Assembly (NCBI GenBank): GCA_947306185.1
Contig: CAMZFU010000003.1
Coordinates: 1-49,694 of the forward strand
Direction: 5' to 3'
Length of the DNA: 49,694 nucleotides
Origin: an uncultured Pseudomonadota bacterium
GTDB taxonomy: Bacteria; Pseudomonadota; Alphaproteobacteria; Rs-D84
Positions 45,452 through 49,694 of the stretch are shown here, in pieces (within the stretch, counting starts at the first letter, position 1; every line of letters starts with the position of its first letter). Both the position numbers and the translations under genes were made by a program. The notes below the pieces were generated by a model. It saw only the letters and a list, made by a program, of their open reading frames with translations. It searched no databases and was not told the origin of the DNA.

Positions 45452-46149
45452 AAATAAGAATCGCAAAATTTATTGCCGATAGTGGCGTCGCATCACGCCG
45501 TGGTGCCGAACAAATGATATTGGATGGCCGTGTGTCGGTGAATGGCGATATTATGAAAACACCGGTGCATTTTGTTGAAGATTCTGATGAAATAAAAATT
45601 GATGGCAAACGCATAGAACCACGTCAAGATACACGGGTTTATGCATTTCATAAACCAATCAACACAATGACAACGACGCGCGACCCCGATGGTCGGAAAA
45701 CAATTTATGATGTGTTGCCACACGAATACCATAACCTACGGTATGTTGGGCGCCTTGATTATAAAACAACCGGGTTATTGTTAATGACGAATGATGGTTT
45801 ACTTGCGCGCAAATTGACGCAACCAACATCAAATGTCCCACGTGTTTATATCGCCGATGTGATTGGAACAAATATGTCGCGTCTTGATAGGGCGCGCAAT
45901 GGTGCAACGGTTGATGGGATAAAATACCGTCCGATGAAAATAGAAATTATGCCTGATAAACGTTTACGCATCACGGTTACCGAAGGTAAAAAAAATGAAA
46001 TTCGTATTGTGTTAAAGGCATGTGGATTGCCCGTGCGTACTTTGCACCGTGTAATGTATGGGCCCGTTAGCATAAAAAATATTCCAGTTGGAAAAATTGT
46101 TGAATTGGATGAAAAAACAATTGACCTACTTATAAAATCTTCTCTATAA
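45448..46149 (+). CDS. rluB: RsuA/RluB-family rRNA pseudouridine synthase
   Basis: S4 domain RIAKFIA..GVASRR.AE, HKP, GRLDYKTTGLLLMTNDG, EGKKNEIR. Confidence 0.82.
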   Translation: MKIRIAKFIADSGVASRRGAEQMILDGRVSVNGDIMKTPVHFVEDSDEIKIDGKRIEPRQDTRVYAFHKPINTMTTTRDPDGRKTIYDVLPHEYHNLRYVGRLDYKTTGLLLMTNDGLLARKLTQPTSNVPRVYIADVIGTNMSRLDRARNGATVDGIKYRPMKIEIMPDKRLRITVTEGKKNEIRIVLKACGLPVRTLHRVMYGPVSIKNIPVGKIVELDEKTIDLLIKSSL

Positions 46150-46176
46150 TGCAATCATAAGGGAAGGGAGATTCGC

Positions 46177-47226
46177 ATGAAAAAACAAACAATGAATAAA
46201 ACGGTAAATCGTTCTATACAGTTGGGTTCTGTTGAAATTCGTACCAAGAAAAAAGTAACAAAAAATATACGCCCAAAAGCTTCTGCGGTTCGTGGCGTTC
46301 AAATCAAAACATCAGAACGTGCCACGCGTAATTCATCATCGTGGTCAGTGTCAATTTATGTTTATTGGTTCATCATTTTGTTCTTTATTGCGGCAACGTT
46401 CTATATTTTGGGACGCAGTCATGTTCCAACCAAGACAGCACCTGTGGCGGGTACCGAAATCACAGAAGAAAATTTAATGCGCGCAACGGATTATTATACC
46501 CGTGGTAAAAGTGAAATTTTGGCTGGCAATATGGACTCTGCATTGGCAGATTTAACCGCGGCAATCGCGGCCGATGAAAATATGATAGATGCATATATAT
46601 TGCGTGGTGAAGCATATATGCAGGCCGGTGATTACGAACCGTCAATGAATGATTTTAATACCGCGTTGAATATGGATGCTGGTAATTCAGTCGCATATTA
46701 TGACCGTTCATTGTTGAATACGCGTTTAGAAGATTTTAATGCGGCGTTGAATGATATCAATAATGCAATTGCCGCATATGTTAAGGCGCCAAACGATGTA
46801 TTGCAATTGCGCGATTTGTATGCAAAACGTGGTCAATTAAACCTTTGGACCAAAAATTGGGAGGGGGCGGTCGCAGATTATACCAATTCGCTTTCACGTC
46901 CCGAAGGTACAATAAGTCCGTCTGTGTATGCGGAACGTGCCGAGGCATATACCGCGATGGGTGAATATGGTAACGCGATTAACGATTATACATCTGCGGT
47001 TCGTGTGATTTCTGAACAGATTCAAGGCACAACCACGATGGAACAAAAAGAAGATTTATCTATGCATGCGATGACTTATTTCGAAAAGTCCGCGGGATTA
47101 AATCTTAATATTGGTAATGTTGCGGCGGCAAGAACGGATTTAGAATCAGCGTATGCAATTGCTACATCTTTGAATGATGCCGATACCGTCGATAGATTGC
47201 AGAAATTAATTGAAGCATTACAATAA
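46177..47226 (+). CDS. Membrane-anchored TPR protein
   Basis: Basic N-terminus, one TM segment, then multiple TPRs (AY..RG.A...G....A..D...A). Confidence 0.8.
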   Translation: MKKQTMNKTVNRSIQLGSVEIRTKKKVTKNIRPKASAVRGVQIKTSERATRNSSSWSVSIYVYWFIILFFIAATFYILGRSHVPTKTAPVAGTEITEENLMRATDYYTRGKSEILAGNMDSALADLTAAIAADENMIDAYILRGEAYMQAGDYEPSMNDFNTALNMDAGNSVAYYDRSLLNTRLEDFNAALNDINNAIAAYVKAPNDVLQLRDLYAKRGQLNLWTKNWEGAVADYTNSLSRPEGTISPSVYAERAEAYTAMGEYGNAINDYTSAVRVISEQIQGTTTMEQKEDLSMHAMTYFEKSAGLNLNIGNVAAARTDLESAYAIATSLNDADTVDRLQKLIEALQ

Positions 47227-47240
47227 AAAATATATGAATT

Positions 47241-47268
47241 AAAGAATGCCCCGCGTGGGGCATTCTTT
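47241..47268. terminator. Bidirectional intrinsic terminator
   Basis: AAAGAATGCCCC GCGT GGGGCATTCTTT perfect stem. Confidence 0.85.
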
Positions 47269-48291
47269 TTAGAACGTTATGCGCAAACCTGCGGCAAGAA
47301 AGGGTTCTTCGCGTGATATACCAACTGATGTCCAACCGTCAACATATTTACTATATTTATATCTAAAAGATGCCAAGGCCGTATGGTCTGCATAATTTTC
47401 GAAATCATTGTGCCATATACCTGTGTCTGAAAAAATATATGACAATGATAGAGTATAATTTAGCAAATCATAACTTATACCGGCGCCCGCTGTAAAACCA
47501 TCGGCGGCGACCCCCACAGGATTTTCATCATAAATTAAACGCCCGTTTATTGCAAACACCCAACTGTTATATTGAATATTTGTTCCAACCGCAAATTGGG
47601 CACGCCAATCGGCCGTAACCTTGGGAACAAAAACCGCGGTTTCATAGTTGTCAAGGTGGTTCATAAATGATGCACCAATAGAAAATGCGTATTTTGTTTT
47701 TGCGGCGGATTGTTTGATTTTTATTCCGGCATCAATGCCATAATCATAATCACCTGTTATTCCCGCAACAGATACACCGTATTGAACATTACTTTGTGCT
47801 GCTGATACGATATTTAATCTTAATGCTTCGGTACCGTTGGTAATTTCATTATTTGCAATGACCGTACCAGGCGTTCCCATTTTAAGGTAAACCAACGAAT
47901 CATGATTTATACGCATGCCACCAACATCTGGCAAGCCCAATCCTAATTTATGTGCAATAGAATCTGTAAAACCGGCCTCTATACGACCAACATTGCGCCA
48001 CTGCCAAAAGGCGAACGCATCATGCAACCATTTTTCTTCATTGACAGCGTCTTCGTCTATCATATATACGGCACCAAAAGATTGATAATTGTTTAGGTTA
48101 TACATAATCTGACCGCGCAGACGAAAATCATCAATAATGTCGGGTTGTTCAAAATTTGGTTCTAAAATTCCAATGGTCCCATATCCCGTCAACGAGAAAT
48201 TAAAATTATCTGTTTTGTAATTAATGGCGTGTGCACCAAACGGCATTAATATCGTTAATAACGCGCTAATGGAAAATAATTTACTTGTCAT
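47269..48291 (-). CDS. Gram-negative porin (alphaproteobacterial type)
   Basis: Signal peptide, amphipathic beta strands, GRIEAG motif, C-terminal AAGLRITF beta-signal. Confidence 0.8.
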   Translation of the reverse strand: MTSKLFSISALLTILMPFGAHAINYKTDNFNFSLTGYGTIGILEPNFEQPDIIDDFRLRGQIMYNLNNYQSFGAVYMIDEDAVNEEKWLHDAFAFWQWRNVGRIEAGFTDSIAHKLGLGLPDVGGMRINHDSLVYLKMGTPGTVIANNEITNGTEALRLNIVSAAQSNVQYGVSVAGITGDYDYGIDAGIKIKQSAAKTKYAFSIGASFMNHLDNYETAVFVPKVTADWRAQFAVGTNIQYNSWVFAINGRLIYDENPVGVAADGFTAGAGISYDLLNYTLSLSYIFSDTGIWHNDFENYADHTALASFRYKYSKYVDGWTSVGISREEPFLAAGLRITF

Positions 48292-49204
48292 CTTTTTTAC
48301 CTGTGGTCTCGTTTAATATTGCATTACGCAATTTGTTATAAGCTCGCTCTTCAATTTGCCGGACACGTTCGCGTGAAATATTATATTTCTTAGACAGCAT
48401 CTCTAATGTTGCCGCCGGATCACTAAGACGGCGCGCCTTTAATATTTCACGGTCGCGTTCAGGTAATTCCGCCAAGTGTTTGCGTAACAATTCGCCACCG
48501 CGTGTCATCATTTCATGCTGTTCGCTTTTTTCAATTATGCCGACATTGTTGTCTGCCATATTGGCCAGCATATCAGAACCTTCTTGTTCGGTTGTGCGTG
48601 CCGGCGAATTCAACGATAAATCACGCGCCACGATTCGTGTGGACATACGTTTAACATCTTCGGCAGGTACACTAAGGTATTCTGCGATTTTATCCGCCTG
48701 TTCATCAGAAAGGTTCCCATCCATAATACCCAATGCACGTTTCGCCCGGGCCAGGTTAAAGAACACACGTTTTTGATTTGCGGATGTCCCGATTTTTACA
48801 ATGGACCAATTATTCAATATTGTTTCATATATTTCGGCGCGAATCCAGAACATGGCATAGGTTGAAAACCGAAAACCGCGTTCCGGGTCAAATTTCTGCA
48901 ATGCCTGCATCAGCCCCATATTGCCACTTGCCACCAATTCTTGAACTGGGATTCCATAATTACGGAAATCATATGCCACCGATACAACAAGGCGCAAATG
49001 GCTAACCAGTAATTTTTCGGCGGCGTTTTGATCTTTGTCTTGAACCCATTTTGTAGCATATTCGTATTCTTGTTCTGCAGAAAGTATTGGATATTGGCTA
49101 ATTGCACGAATATAACTGGCCAATCCACCTTCGTCACCATATGTTGGTATGGCAATAGGTTTTTCTGATTTTGATACTAATGCGTTCTTGATTTGCTTTT
49201 TCAT
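48281..49204 (-). CDS. rpoH: RNA polymerase sigma-32 factor RpoH
   Basis: SHLRLVV.VA, GLMQA..KFDPERGFRFSTYA.FWIRA, RpoH box WSIVKIGT.ANQKRVFFNL, ISRERVRQIE. Confidence 0.94.
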   Translation of the reverse strand: MKKQIKNALVSKSEKPIAIPTYGDEGGLASYIRAISQYPILSAEQEYEYATKWVQDKDQNAAEKLLVSHLRLVVSVAYDFRNYGIPVQELVASGNMGLMQALQKFDPERGFRFSTYAMFWIRAEIYETILNNWSIVKIGTSANQKRVFFNLARAKRALGIMDGNLSDEQADKIAEYLSVPAEDVKRMSTRIVARDLSLNSPARTTEQEGSDMLANMADNNVGIIEKSEQHEMMTRGGELLRKHLAELPERDREILKARRLSDPAATLEMLSKKYNISRERVRQIEERAYNKLRNAILNETTGKKDDK

Positions 49205-49270
49205 AACATTTATAGTATAGCAATAAAATAGAAATTATCAAGGTACCAAAAAATACAGGAGAAAAATTCT

Positions 49271-49694
49271 ATGGCGAACATGCTTGAAAGAAATAAAAAA
49301 GTCAAAGCCCCGCAAAAAACATACCAGGAACACGCAGAAGACGCCCTTTATCGCGAGGTCTGGGAAGATGTAAATAACGAAAAGACTCAACAGTTTCTGA
49401 AGAAATATGGTAATTATATTATCGCTGGTGCGTTGGTTATTATGATTATTATAACCTCAATCCAAATAGGTGTTCGTGCCCATAGGGCATCTAAGATGGC
49501 GACCGCCGAAAATTATGAAACGGCTGTTGAAAATACTGATGTGAATGCATTGGTCGGAATTGCACGTAATACATCGGGTGCCACCGCGGATTTGGCACTA
49601 TTCCAAGCATATGTTTTGGACAAAGATGTCGCAAAATTGGACGAATTAGTCAAAGATGGCAAAACACAAGAATTTCGTGATTTGGCACGTATGC
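49271..49694 (+). CDS. YfgM-like single-TM ancillary SecYEG/TPR protein, 3'-truncated by the window
   Basis: Open from ATG 49271 to the window end: D.LYREVWEDVNNEK...FLKKYG..II.G.LV.. then TM segment. Confidence 0.65.
   Translation, partial: MANMLERNKKVKAPQKTYQEHAEDALYREVWEDVNNEKTQQFLKKYGNYIIAGALVIMIIITSIQIGVRAHRASKMATAENYETAVENTDVNALVGIARNTSGATADLALFQAYVLDKDVAKLDELVKDGKTQEFRDLARM

Overview
A gene-dense, mostly housekeeping segment (standard code, roughly 40-43% GC in core genes by spot counts) of a small-genome Gram-negative alphaproteobacterium. The alpha-type SspB, RpoH, porin and Pal, plus the pilin and surface-protein families, suggest the uncultured gut lineage Rs-D84/Ca. Enterousia; this placement is inference. 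Bases 1-46 are an Illumina TruSeq adapter, so the window starts at a contig end. Core genes: sspB, recF, rsmG-parS-parA-parB, pal, infC (AUU start), xseB-mutS-truB-rpsO-pnp-ybaB, lptF/G-lptD-surA-rlmN, nusA-infB, dnaX, skp-lpxD-fabZ, rsmE-rluB, rpoH, tRNA-Cys and tRNA-Val. Accessory features: (1) a surface-protein gene (33736-34686) whose about 240-nt leader holds a phage C4/CI-like antisense-RNA fold followed by a T11-G8 tract at the ribosome-binding site, with a paralog at the window start; (2) an islet after tRNA-Val with a 156-bp tRNA-3'-end duplication, a beta-rich exported protein, a 37-Cys secreted protein and a TrpF-like orphan; (3) three stacked palindromic mini-elements after infB; (4) an AT-rich two-gene islet with both genes frameshifted; (5) an orphan virD4 apparently co-transcribed with COG3014-like and LpoB-like lipoproteins. 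No CRISPR, rRNA, transposase or integrase was seen. All calls come from motif recognition by eye; no searches were run.
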